A stretch of 64,000 bases of DNA from NCBI GenBank assembly GCA_001179505.1, contig CDMY01000258.1, forward strand, positions 1 to 64,000, given 5' to 3'. Under the pieces are notes generated by a model. The model was not told the origin of the DNA, did not search any database, and saw only the letters and a list, made by a program, of their open reading frames with translations. Shown piece after piece: positions 10,850 to 22,891 of this stretch. The translations under genes and the position numbers were made by a program. Positions within the stretch are counted from its first letter, which is position 1; each line of letters opens with the position of its first letter. The DNA comes from Vitrella brassicaformis CCMP3155 (lineage: Eukaryota; Protista; Chromerida).

Positions 10850-13659
10850 ATGGATTCAGTAGCGAAGAGAAGGCGGCTCACGTCCACAGAGGTGAGGGCA
10901 GCACTGCCTTGACGAGCCAAACCTGTCCATTCAATGCATGTGTCGTTCCATTCATCCATCGTTCAGTCGGAGTCAGTCGCTGCGGTGCTGTGTGGCGTTG
11001 AGGACAAGTACGAGCATGTGTTGCAGGAGATCAAGGCACTGCGCCGACAGTTGAGGAGCGAGTATGGGCAGACGGCCGTTGCTGCATCCATGGATTGGGG
11101 TCTTTCATGACTTCTCGGTGTACAGGCCGGTGATGTGCTGGCACTCAAGCAGCGGCGGGAGCAGGCCGTCGGCAACGACATGTGCCCGAACGTAGCTAAG
11201 GTGACCTACAAGATGACACACCGACCACGGGGACGAGATATAATTGCCTGCGCACATGCGTATCTTCTTATGTGCAGATGGTGTTTTTGGACTATGAGAG
11301 GCTCAAGGTCCTGCTGTCCAAGATAGCCCCAGCCGATACCCCGCCCAGCACACAGGACATCCTCATCGGTATCGCACAGCAGAAACTGACTGCGATGACA
11401 CACAACCTACGCCTAGATGTAAGCAGCAACACAAACCGATGGATACACATGCACAGGTTGGGCAGCCCTGTCACTTTTGTGCTCCGCGTGTTGTGCTCTG
11501 TTCAGTCGTTGGCCCCTTCGCTGCTCACCCTCCCTGACGCGCTGCTGTTTGACCGACTCGGCCCCCTCGTCGGCACCGAGTCCATCATCGGCGGCCTGGC
11601 ACGGGCCCACTCGTCGTTCCTTCGTCCCTCCCACGACCCCGACATGCACACCACCGTCACCTTTATGGCCGACCGCGCCATCCACCCCACCGACAAGCAA
11701 CTGGAGGCATGGGTGCCCCGGCTGGCCAAGACGTCGCGGGCGGTTGTGCGGTGTCACATGACCATGGGGATGGTGAACCTTCTTGAGTGCATTAGCGAGA
11801 CCCTCGAGAGTCTGGAGGCGGACAGCACATCAACAGAGCCACACGAGATCGATCTTTTGGATCTGAACAGCGAAAAGGAGCCGATATTCCCCCGGTTGAA
11901 GACAGTAGCAGTGGGCGGGCGGTGGGCGTGGGTCAAGGAGCAGCGCTACTGGGACCTACGGTGCGTGAGTCTTACAAAACACAATTCAGCCAGAGAGTCT
12001 GGTACTCCAGACAGACAGGCACCGATTGAACACTCCCTCTTGTCTCTGTGTGTGCGCCACAGGTCGCTCGAGTGTCTGAAGCTGCGCAAGCAGAGCATGC
12101 AGGAGAGGATCGCCCACAACCACGAATTCGACCCCGACAGTCGCTACGGGGAGCTCTGACTGTTCTGGCGCACGAGCGTGCCCACCATCCTCCTGTCGCC
12201 TCCCTTTGCGTGGAGTGCACGTGACGCGATGGGCCTCGTGGCGGATATCGTCGTCGAGCAGGTGATCTTGTTGTCCCCACTTAGAGGGGCGACGAGCGTT
12301 GTGCATGGATGCGTGTGTGTCTGCTCGCGTGTGTGTGTGTGCTCAAGCAGGTGTCGAGCTTCAGCATCACTGCGGACGAAGTCAACCAGAGGGGCTGGAT
12401 TGAGCGGGGCTGGATTGACGACTTCGATACGCCGGTGGGGTTGCTCAAGGCCATCGAAGCCACGATCAACGTCAGACAGATCACCCCAAGCATCATATCG
12501 GTGAGTGACCAATGCATACACACAATAAAGTGGCCATTTTCAATGCATCCTATGTTTCCTGCTGGTGTCACAGTCACTGGATACTGTTCACAAGTACTGT
12601 GTGGACCCTCACGGCAAGGAGGACTTCAGCAGCAGCGTATTCGACTTCCCCTTCACCCTCCTCTGGCACACACAGCCTGGCAGCCCCATCCGCAGGATCT
12701 ACGACGACGAGAACCCCATATTCATATCATCCACCCTCACCCTGGCGGCCTCCCTCGCCACATCGGTGACCTTCCCCACCAGCCTCGCACAGGACAACGT
12801 CATCCCGGCCTTCTACTTCCTCCTGCCCAAGCTGGTCTTCACGTCAGCCCGCACCCTCACCCTGCAGCCGGCCACAGACACCGACAACCCCCTCCCAGAG
12901 CCACTGCTCTTCAGTCTCGGCCGCATCTTCCCAGCAGTGCGGTGTGTCGACCTGGGCAAGGCGCACCAGCTGGCCGAGGAGGCCGTCGTCAACGTGATAG
13001 ACGACCTCCCATCGCTGCGGGTGGCGCGTTTCGCCCGCCCGCCGGGTTTCATGGGTCGCGTGCCGATCAGACGCGACAGTTTTTTCCTGCCATCGTATCT
13101 GCGCAGCTGCTCGGGCGACGGGCCACTGCTGCAGGTCAAGGGGGCGTTTCAGTCGCGTTTTGATGGTAGCGAGAGTTGGTCACTGTGGGAGGGGGAGGGG
13201 GAGGGGGAGGAAGAGGAAGACGAGAGTAGTGAGGAAGATTCGGCTAGCGAGGCTGAGGTGCCGGTTGGCCAGACAGGCGGGACACGTTGGCGAGTTGAGC
13301 ATCGCATCCGGCGGATTAGCGTTTATTTCTCGGCTGGCTATGCGCCTGAGCCAGAGGGGATATGGCTAGACAGGCCGGCCTTCACGGATTTGTTTGACAC
13401 ATGCATCAAGGCCATCACCGCACTGCCCAAGCTAGAGCGCATCACACTCACCACCGACGACCCATTCCCAGGCTATCTGCTGCACGAGTGTGGGTGGTGT
13501 GGCGTGGGGAATCGGCTGAGCCTTCACGGGTTCGACGCTGTGCAGGCAGGCCCCTGTAGTGTCGAGCTGTATCGGGATGGCCAGCCCATCACGGAGGGCC
13601 AGCGACTGATCACTGACTACTTCTCGCGTGTCGATAATAGCAATGAGATGGTTGACTAG
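10850..13659 (+). CDS. F-box-like / LRR-like lineage-specific protein with an internal in-frame TGA (possible pseudogene)
   Basis: Starts MDSVAKRRRLTSTE (NLS-like); F-box-like SLLTLPDALLFDRLGPLV; LRR-like segments (FPRLKTVAV, FPAVRCVDL, LPSLRVARF, LPKLERITL). TGA at 12157-12159 has coding-looking sequence in the same frame on both sides. Confidence 0.6.
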
Positions 13660-14499
13660 ATGGGTGTACTGGCTGGTGGCGTGTGGGGGGTGTGTACAAA
13701 GGAAACATTCATGTTTGTGCCTGCCGCCGTTTGTTGCATGCGATGCCATCGTGGTTTTGAGGGTCCATTCCAGCGCCCCCTCTTAGCTTGTCTCTCTGCT
13801 TCTTGTCTTCCTGGCCGATCCACCGGCCAAAGTCGAGAAAGAGTAGTTGGACAGTGTGCAGAGGAGCGCGTCTGTGCCGCTCAGATGCACACATATCCTG
13901 ACTGACTGATGCTCCATTTCCTCACTGCACACCTGGCTGGTGTCGGAGCGAGTTGTGTAAAGACCGTCGATTCGATGTGCGCAGCTCTGACAGTGTGTGT
14001 CTGTCTATATCTTCGCTTGAGAGACCGCCACGTCGCGGCCACACATGGGAGCGAGGATGAGGACACACAAGCGACGTTTGACTTGCATCAATTTTGAGAC
14101 TGGGCAGCCAGGGATTGGGTGAGAAGGATGACCCGATAGAGATAGATTGAGCTCTAGCTGTTCAGACAGACAGAGGGAGAGATAAGGATGGGTGGATGGA
14201 GTCGCCGGGTATGGGTATGGCAGTCAGACAGACAGAGGGAGAGACCGTCGGAGGATTGACAGGCTGACAGATGGATCGACCAGCTAGATGAGCGAAGGAT
14301 TGCAACGCTCCCCTCCCCCCGGTCGCACAGCAAGGCACCATCCATGTACAGATGGGACCATTCGTGTACATATCTATGTAAATCGCTGAGACTGGGGGCG
14401 ACAGTTCTGAGACGCCCCGCGCTTCGCTGCCGCTGACGGAAGCCAGCGAGGCGTGGTTCCACGAGTTGCCTTTGTGCCCATTCTGGCTCGGTCAATAAC

Positions 14500-16551
14500 A
14501 TGTGGGTGGCTTCGGCTGTGATCCTCTTGTCATTGGTCTGGCCAACCATATGCATCAGCCGAGAAGGAGGCCCCGGCCTGCCATCATTTGCACTGAGACG
14601 GACAGCCTTCGCCGACAGTGCAAAGGCTTGGCCCGGAGGCATCCTGGAGGAAAATGCCGCTCAAGCACGGCCACATGCCACTAGCAATGGCATTTTCATC
14701 CTGGAGCCCCCCAAGCTGGACGAGCAATGCCTGGCGGACATCAAGAAGATCTGCCAGACGAAATATGTCTACTGCGACATACTGCAGGTATGTACTTGTG
14801 TACCTCTGTATACGTTGATGCAGTGATGCGTTCAACTTGGTGCAGGTCGAGGATAGTTTTACCTTCTGGAAGGACGGTGCAGTCAGGAAGTCACTTGCCC
14901 GAATGACCGACGGGGCGGAGATCGTCGTTGCCGGTGTGACGTACAGAATCAAGGTCTCGGCTGGATATTTTGGCATGGCAGTCTTCGCTGACGTCGATAT
15001 ATCGATGGGTGTGTGGGCGGGTGTGTGGGTTGGTGCGTGGGGTGTACATTTCCTTTGTTGTCGTACATTTCATTTGTTTTGTCGATGTAGCCGGCATCCA
15101 AAGGCCTGTGGGGTTCCCTGCTCACAAGCTCAAGAGATACACGTCACCAGGCAAAGCGAGACACAGCTGACTGAGCCGTGCCATGCATATGTCTCCGTCT
15201 GTCATGTGCGGTCAGATGATGAGCCGGTTAGGCTGATGCCAGTGGTCATCAAGGTGGCCAACATCGCGCACAAGGGCATGAGAGAGCTGCTGGCAGAGAA
15301 GAGGGCATACGAGCATCTGTGGCAACACATACAAGACGGGGCCATCGACCAAAGCAGCTTCCCTGAAATCCCCCGTTTCTACCCAAACCCCATTCCGGGA
15401 CGCCTGGCGAGCTACCTTATTATCGACCAGATGGACGGCATTGCCCTTGGCGAGGTGCTCGCGATGATGCGGAACCGGAAATAGACCCCACTGAAAATGT
15501 GCCGGTGACGGGCGGACTGTCGCTTGTTGACGGCAGTGAGGAGCTATTCCCCACTGAGATGCCTTTGGGACGCTTTCTGATTCTCCTGCTTTTAGAAGGA
15601 CTCTACCAAACGCACCGAAACAAGATTCTACACTGCGACATGAACGAGTCCGTGAGTACCTACGCACACAAACAACACACAAGAGACACACACACGTCTT
15701 TGCCGTGCATTGCCTTGTCCACACGTGCTGGACAGGGGAAACATTCTGCTGTCCCTTCGCCCATCGAGCGCCATCAAGATGCCTTTCGGCATACACATCT
15801 CAGGCAAGGTTCGTTCGTACGAGCATTTATATAGCATTTAATTGGTGCACGTGTGTGACGTCACCCTGCCCGTGGATGCAGGCGGGCAAGATGCTGCAGA
15901 CGGAGATATCTGCACACAACCTTCAGCTGATTGATCTGTCCAGAATAGCTGACGTTACTGACCGCTTTGTGGCCGAAGAGTGCAAAGACAAGACACAATT
16001 CGATGGTTCCTCGGTTGGCAGGCATCTCTTTGGCATCCTGCAAATCATGCTTATGCGCACCCCGGCCGATGCCAACGCCATGAGCATGATGGCTGTGGTG
16101 CTGGATCCTAGCAAATCATGTTTCGTCCACAGTTGCGACGCCCCACCTCTTCTGATCCGCCAATGGCTCAACACAGACCAATATCTTGAGGCCGCCCCAG
16201 GTACGCACACACATACAACAAACAAAGATATCTCATGTGTTGTCTAACTCTAAGTGCCTGTCTCGGGCAGAGGTACGTGCCCGAGTGGAGGAGTACCTGA
16301 AAGGCGTGGCGCAGTTCTTCTCAAGAAGTGGGAAGGACCACCGGGGATACTACAGCAGACATCCACAGGAGAGACGCCCGACTTTGGCGGCGGACGACAC
16401 AAGTGGAATTCTGGATTGGATGATTTCCACTTGTTCGGTCCTGGGGGAGGAGACATTCATGCGGGAGATGGCCGCTATTGCACTCAGTGGTGGCAAAACG
16501 ACAAGGATGAAATCGATTTCAGCTGCCTACATACCAGAGGGATGGGAGTGA
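14500..16551 (+). CDS. Secreted atypical protein kinase-like protein (one 1-bp frame lesion at ~15480)
   Basis: Signal peptide MWVASAVILLSLVWPTICIS; VSAGYFGMAVFAD, VVIK, ELLAEK, spliced ILHCDMNE-GNILL, QLIDLS. CGG AAA TAG at 15476-15484 needs one more A to continue into IDPTENVPV. Confidence 0.75.
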
Positions 16552-16716
16552 CGATGGGAGTGAGCGATGAATACGAGGCATGGATTTCGACGCGTGTTCA
16601 TAAGTGCGCGACCGGGACAAGACTCAGCGTCATTGTACAACTCCATGCAGACAAATGCGTCGCTTTGTCAACGGAATGGGGCGTCAGGGAAACCCAATAA
16701 GTCGTTTCTGACATAG

Positions 16717-16972
16717 TTCACAGCAGCCGACAGAAATCCCGGCCGCTACTCAGACACCTCTACAATGGCACTCACAGCCCCATTATCGGTAATGATCCCT
16801 ATCAGCACCACCAGCGCATCGATGGCCGCTCCCAGGATGAGGACATAGACAAGCGATGCATGAATTCATCCAGGACCTGGCCCCAGAATTCCAGGCAGTC
16901 TTGAATGAAGTGCTTCGCACCATTGCAATCAGAAGGCTGCAGCTCTTGACCGCTGCCTTGCCAGCTCGATGA
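16717..16972 (+). pseudogene. Orphan exon resembling the kinase-family C-terminal exon
   Basis: After the acceptor acatag it reads HSSRQKSRPLLRHLYNG...GNDPYQHHQRIDGRSQDEDIDKR, then after a -1 shift MHEFIQDLAPEFQAVLNEVLRTIAIRR...*. SQDEDIDK resembles SQQEDVDR of the kinase at 45-2918. Confidence 0.4.
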
Positions 16973-17101
16973 CAGGAGCCTTGAAAGAACTCAGGCGATG
17001 AATTCAGTCCGAGGAAATCTCCCGGGCTTGGGGGCCACCGCTAGCTTGCCGGCGTCTCGTCCGTTCTCTTTTATAGGTCAGCCTTCTGAGCCGTCCCCGC
17101 G

Positions 17102-18842
17102 ATGGAGCGTGAGCTGTACAGGTACCCCTCATGCAGTCTGTGCGTATGTGTGACATTGTCCGTCTGGGTGTGTGCGCTGATGGCGTCAAGTGGTGCTGAC
17201 TGCTGTGATTGGTGCTGCAGGTGGCTGCAGTCCCTTGACCTTTCCTACTCGGTCAAAAACGTCAGGAGGGACTTCTCAAATGGTGCAGTGCACACCCATT
17301 CCATTCAGCCCCACGTGGGCACAGGGAATGAGCATTGAGAGGCCTGCCTGTCTGCTGTGTGTATTCCTTTTCCTTCGTGTGCCAGGTTTCCTTGTTGCTG
17401 AGATTTTCTCCCGCTATTACCCGCAGGATGTGACGCTGCACTCGTACGACAACGCCTCCAAGCTGGCGGCCAAGAACAACAACTGGGAGCAGCTCTACAA
17501 GTTCTTCAGGCGGAAGAACATCCCACTCAACAAGAGCGACTTCGAGCCCGTCATCTACTCGGCACCTGGTCAGTCAGTCAGCAGCCACACCCACCATTCA
17601 TTGGCAACACAGAAGTCACAACAGTATGGTCCTTTTCTCTGCGCATGGTCGTATCGCAGGTGCGGCCATCATGCTGCTGAACAAGATATACAACTTCCTC
17701 ACCAAAAGGGCAGCCGACCGGTTCCAGGCGGAAGACATCATCGGCAAGACCCTCCAGGACCCCTTGCTGCTGGCCACTGCCAACCTGAGGGGCGCCCCGG
17801 TGACGGACGAACAGCCCCTCTACGCCAAACCCACCGCCTCGACACTGCTCAGAGACGCCGAGATCAACCGAATCGAAGACAAAGAGAAAATGACGGCCAG
17901 GGCCGAACAAGTTCTGCAGGCGCACAACGAGGTTTGCAAGAGAGATCTGTCGGAAGCGGTACTAGACTCCTTTGTGTCTCTTGCACGCTCAGAATTTGTC
18001 CTACGAGAGGAGCAACGAGCGCATGTTGCAGAGTATGAGGCCGCGGATTCAGCAGCTGGCTGTGGCGGCAGCGCGAGCCCCCTCGTCCAAGGCCATCAGC
18101 CCAGAACCCGACATCACCAATGTCGAAATCAAGGAGGTACACCTGGAGGCAAGACAGCGTTTCGTCTCTATTGATTGGATTCATGGATGCTGTTTGGCCT
18201 GCCTGCAGGTGGAGGTAGCGTCTATTGCGCAGGGCGGCACCATAGCACAGCTGAGGGCGCAGAAAGACCTGCAGCAACAGACTATCAAGTGGGAGGGAAT
18301 GGAGAAGCGGAGATTTATGGGAGAGCACCTGCATGTGTATGCATGTCGTGTCGTCAGATCCCGTTCATCTCAGAGGGGAAGAGAGTCGGCACTGGGCAAC
18401 ATCGAGGTGACACAATGACACAATAACGCCAGATACAGAGAGATACATGTGTCTCGGTGTCTGTGTGTGTCCCTTCCTGTGCCTGTGCAGTCCATGGCGC
18501 AGGCCGCCCCCGTCCCACAGGCCATCAGTAAGGGGCAAGATAGTTTGATCGAATCATTTGCTGGCAAGGGTGGGGTGAGAGTTGGGTGTTGGCTGTCCTT
18601 CAGCTGTGAAGCCCGTGCAGTCGATTCTGAGTGCACTCATGAGGCCGGCCCTCAGAGAACACCCTGGTGTGTGCGTCATACACATAGAGCTGCATCAAGA
18701 TAGACCAGTGTGTGCTGTGCTGTCTGGTCTGTCAGATGTCCAGAAGGCCCTCGATCCCCGGAGGGACGCCTTCTCCTCTTTCATGGAGATATGTGCCAGC
18801 GCATTCCCTGAGAGTCAGTCAGAACGGGCCGATAAACAGACC

Positions 18843-18875
<33 letters not shown>

Positions 18876-21832
18876 TCACCTTTTGTTTCCTTGTCTGTCT
18901 GCAGATGTGTGTGTGGGTGTCTTCGACACCGTTGCGAGCAGGGCGTCGCTGCTCACCGATTCCCTCATCAAGAGCCCCACTGTGAGAATGATTGCAATCA
19001 CAGTTGACGAACTCATGGGTTCTCGACCTTTCTGCATGTATGTATGCCTCCATTTTCAGGAGTTCTGGAAAGCTTGGACCCTCATCTACCCTGGTAAGCA
19101 AGACTAAAACACACAATTGAAGAAACAGGGAGTAGATAATCCATTCGACAGAGTCTCTTCGCCCGTGCATTTCCACACACACATCACATGTATGTGCGCA
19201 GCCTTGTGGGAGTTCAGCGGGTCCTCGCCTGTGTTCGAGTCGATCGTCTATCTGCTCAAGCGCATTGCAGAGTGTATCAGAAACGCCGACCCGCTCCTCA
19301 CACAGCAGGTGCCCATCCACGCCTCCACGCTCACAGAATCAAATTCCCAGGACCCCTCGTTTCTTCCATGTCATGCAGTATTTGATGGACGTGATCCTCC
19401 CGCAAGTGGCGCCGATCCTGGCCGCATCCCCAGGGAGGCGGGAGGCCTTGTGTGAGGTGCTGTACGCCTATGCACAGGAGACACCCGCCGCACACCTCGC
19501 TCTCCTCAGGGGACTCAAAGTCAGTCGCATCACGATAGATACGCAAGTAGCGACCGACCGGGATGGCTTCTCTTGTGTTGTGTGTTTGGTTGTGGACACA
19601 GGACAAGCTTGCGAGCGTGGCGTCGTATATTCTCTGTCTCTCATTTTTCGTCCCTCTCGACGAGACACACATGGTCAGAGCGAACAGAATGTCCACGCGA
19701 AGCGATCAAGGGCAGAGAGAGAGATATACGGGTTTGGCGCGTACGTGTGGCCAACGTCCGTATCCGTGTGGTGTGTGTGCACAGGACGACCATCTGCTCG
19801 ATTTGGCCCTTTACTATGCCTTGATCGGTCTGAGCCAGCCGCAGCCGTCTCTGCGCGTGGCGGGCCTGTCCATCCTCAACGGCCTGGCCAACATGATGGG
19901 CGACCAATATGCCGCTATCCTTAACCTGCTGCGTACAAATGCACCGCCCCACAGACACGTACACTCTCGACGCACATGTGTGTGTGTATGTGTTTGCCAC
20001 ACACACCTACAGCGACCTTGATGGATCTGGGGAGCGATGAGTGGTGGGAGGTGGAGGCCCAGCTGATGGTCCTCACGTCCACCCTGCTGCTGAAGCTGTC
20101 CACCAACCACCCAGAGGTCACCCAACACCTCGCACACAAGTCCATCGCGCCACCCCCGATGCCGACACGCAGCGAGCAGCGGCGGGCGTCCACCACACCA
20201 CCGCTGGCCCTTGCGGCGCCACTGGATGTGGTGCTGGGAGAGGGGGAGGGGGAGGACGAGATTGAGGCCAAGGAGAACGCCATGATGATTGAGTATGCCG
20301 AGCAGCTGCTCATGCTCGTCGCGAGGACCTTCCAGCTCTCCAAATCAAAGTGCGGACGTATGTACGTGTGGAGTGAGTGGCTGGACCACCTGCTGGTGCT
20401 GTGCTGTTTCTCTCCTGTTTGGTTCAGGAATGTGTTGCAGATAGGATTGTGTTGCCTTTGTCGGAACCTTGACGCCTTCCCCTCACTGGCCGACATCTAC
20501 ATCACAGTACGTACAGTCAGTGAGTCGACTCCCATCCACGTTTGCTCACACACGTCTCGCTTGCCACAGGTGTTGCTGGCCCATCCCGCCCCGATGCGTC
20601 AGCGGCTGCTGATGCCGCGGGGCGAGGGCGCGGAGACACAGGCGCCAAGGCTCGCATACGTGAGTCAGCAGGAAGATCGCGGTCGCTCTCCTGCTTCCAT
20701 CACATCACATGACATTGTCGTTTGTTTGTCTGTGTGTGTCGTGCAGGTGATGGGTGCGGCGTCTCGGCTGTATGAGGAGCCATACCTCCCCGCACTCTGG
20801 TCTGTCGGCCTCACCTAACACGCAGGCGCCGCCCACACAGATTGAATCTTGATTGAACGAATGAATGATCGGACTTGCAGGCCGTCGCTGAAGGTGGCCA
20901 AGGCGTTCTGCTCACAGGCAAGTCAGACCACCACGCCACGCCTCACGCAAAGCCACCTGTTTGTCGTCCATGTGCACAGCTGGAGGCCCGATCGCTGACG
21001 CATTTCGAGTTGGAGCACCTGGAGGTCCTCATCGCTACGCTTCCAGAAGACGGTAAACAGGGCGAGACACGCAGAGAACCTGTGTCTCTGTCTGTCTGAT
21101 TTTATCCGTCGATCCATTGATCAGACTTCGCTGCGTCAAGTGAGGTGATATCCGACTGGCTTGACCTCTTCGACCGTCTCAAGGCATACATATTCGTCGC
21201 TCTCATCGAGGAGGACTTCCACGACCACGCCGCACAGATCGTGAGTATCCGTCCATCCATCTGTCCATCGACACGATGTGACACAGAGATACATATGTCT
21301 GTCTCGTGTATGTGTGTGGGACGCCCGGCAGATAGCCAAGTTCTGGTTGAGTGGTGTGGAGGAGCTGCGGACGCCGGTGCTCGACGCGAGTCGGAAGACG
21401 CTGCTGCAGACGCTGAGGATACTCTACAGCGAAGGCATCGAGCGATCAAAGGCACTGATGGATGGATGGCTGGACGGGAGGGAGAGGGAGGGAGACACGC
21501 GTGGACGGTCGACGATGCATCCCTGTGTGTGTGTATCAGGTTGCCGAGAGTGTGCTTGTTGAGTTCCTGCAGGACATCCACAGCGAAGGTAGGACGGCAA
21601 AAGAACAGGAGCGGCTCATGTCATGTGTGGGCATTTTCTCTTTCTGTTTGGTCCTGTCAGGTCCGCCCGTGTCTGAGCTGATCGACGACGTGCTGCAGAT
21701 GTACAAAAAGGTAATAAGAGGCAAGAAAGCGCTAGTATATGTGTGTGTGTGTGTGTGACCTGGTCTCTTCTTTCGTGTGCCCAGTCTGACCCCGATGGCT
21801 TCGCCTCAACCAACCTGGTGCACTTCATATGA
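17102..21832 (+). CDS. SPATA4/SPEF1-like calponin-homology (CH_2/DUF1042) protein with a long helical C-terminal region
   Basis: Spliced N-terminus [40 protein letters not shown]...[10 protein letters not shown] is the SPEF1/SPATA4 CH signature. Many further exons run to [15 protein letters not shown] (TGA 21830-21832). Confidence 0.8.
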
Positions 21833-22891
21833 ACAGCTGGGTACATCTGTGTGTGTGTGTGTGTGTGTGTGCTCGTGGATGGACGAATGGGATGTTGTGT
21901 GCCTGCGCGTATCCATGTTTGAATGCCTCCTCCTCCGGAGACTCATGCCCCGCAATATGAACAGCTTAGCTAGCTGGATTCGTTTGATGGATAATACGTG
22001 TGGGTCCGTCCGCTTGTCCAAAGAACCAAGACCTCCGTCTCTGTCATGTCTGTAATGATGCAAGTATGCAGGTCATAATTACACACCGAGAAGGCAAGGC
22101 AGACAAGGCAAGGTAAGGCGAGAGGTCAGAGGGGTCGGTCGGTCGGTCGGTTGAGTAAAATACACAGAGAGCATCGTGATGAGGATGATGACGTATGGCG
22201 AATTCACAGACACACAGACGGATAGACAGAGAGAGAGACAGAAAGACAGACGGACAGACGGACAGACAGACGGACAGACGGACAGGCAGGCTGCAAAGCC
22301 TCATCCGGAGAGCGGCCGCCCCCACGGATGGGTGGATGGATGGATGCCAGAAACAAACGAGTGACAGCAGCACAACAGCAGGTATATCAAATACGTCAGC
22401 CCCTCTCGGCCATGCCACTCACCTGACCTTTCCGTAACCTGTTCGCAATGTACATGCATTGAATGGGCATCGATCCCATTCTCTGCGTGTACGCCACCAG
22501 CAGGAAACGGCAAGGAACAGCTGACATGGCTGGCAACAAGGAGCACTAGCGGGACACACCACACCACACCACCATAACTGCACAAAAAGTGAATTCTCAC
22601 TCTCATCGATTCATGGATCGTCCACTGGTCGCCACGCCACTAGTCAAATAAGCCATCCATCCATCCGTTTGCACCATCATGATGCAGGAAGGGAAGGCAT
22701 GCACTAAGCTCACGTAAGCAAAGAAAGCACCCATCCATCCATCCACACCCTTTCACATGGCCACAGCAGCAGCATCGAATGGTACAAGCCAGCCAGCCAG
22801 CCAACCACCCTCACCCACTACGTACCCACCCCGCCACACACATACAGTCCACATACAGATCGTTTCCAACGTGCACCGCGCCCAAGCACCG

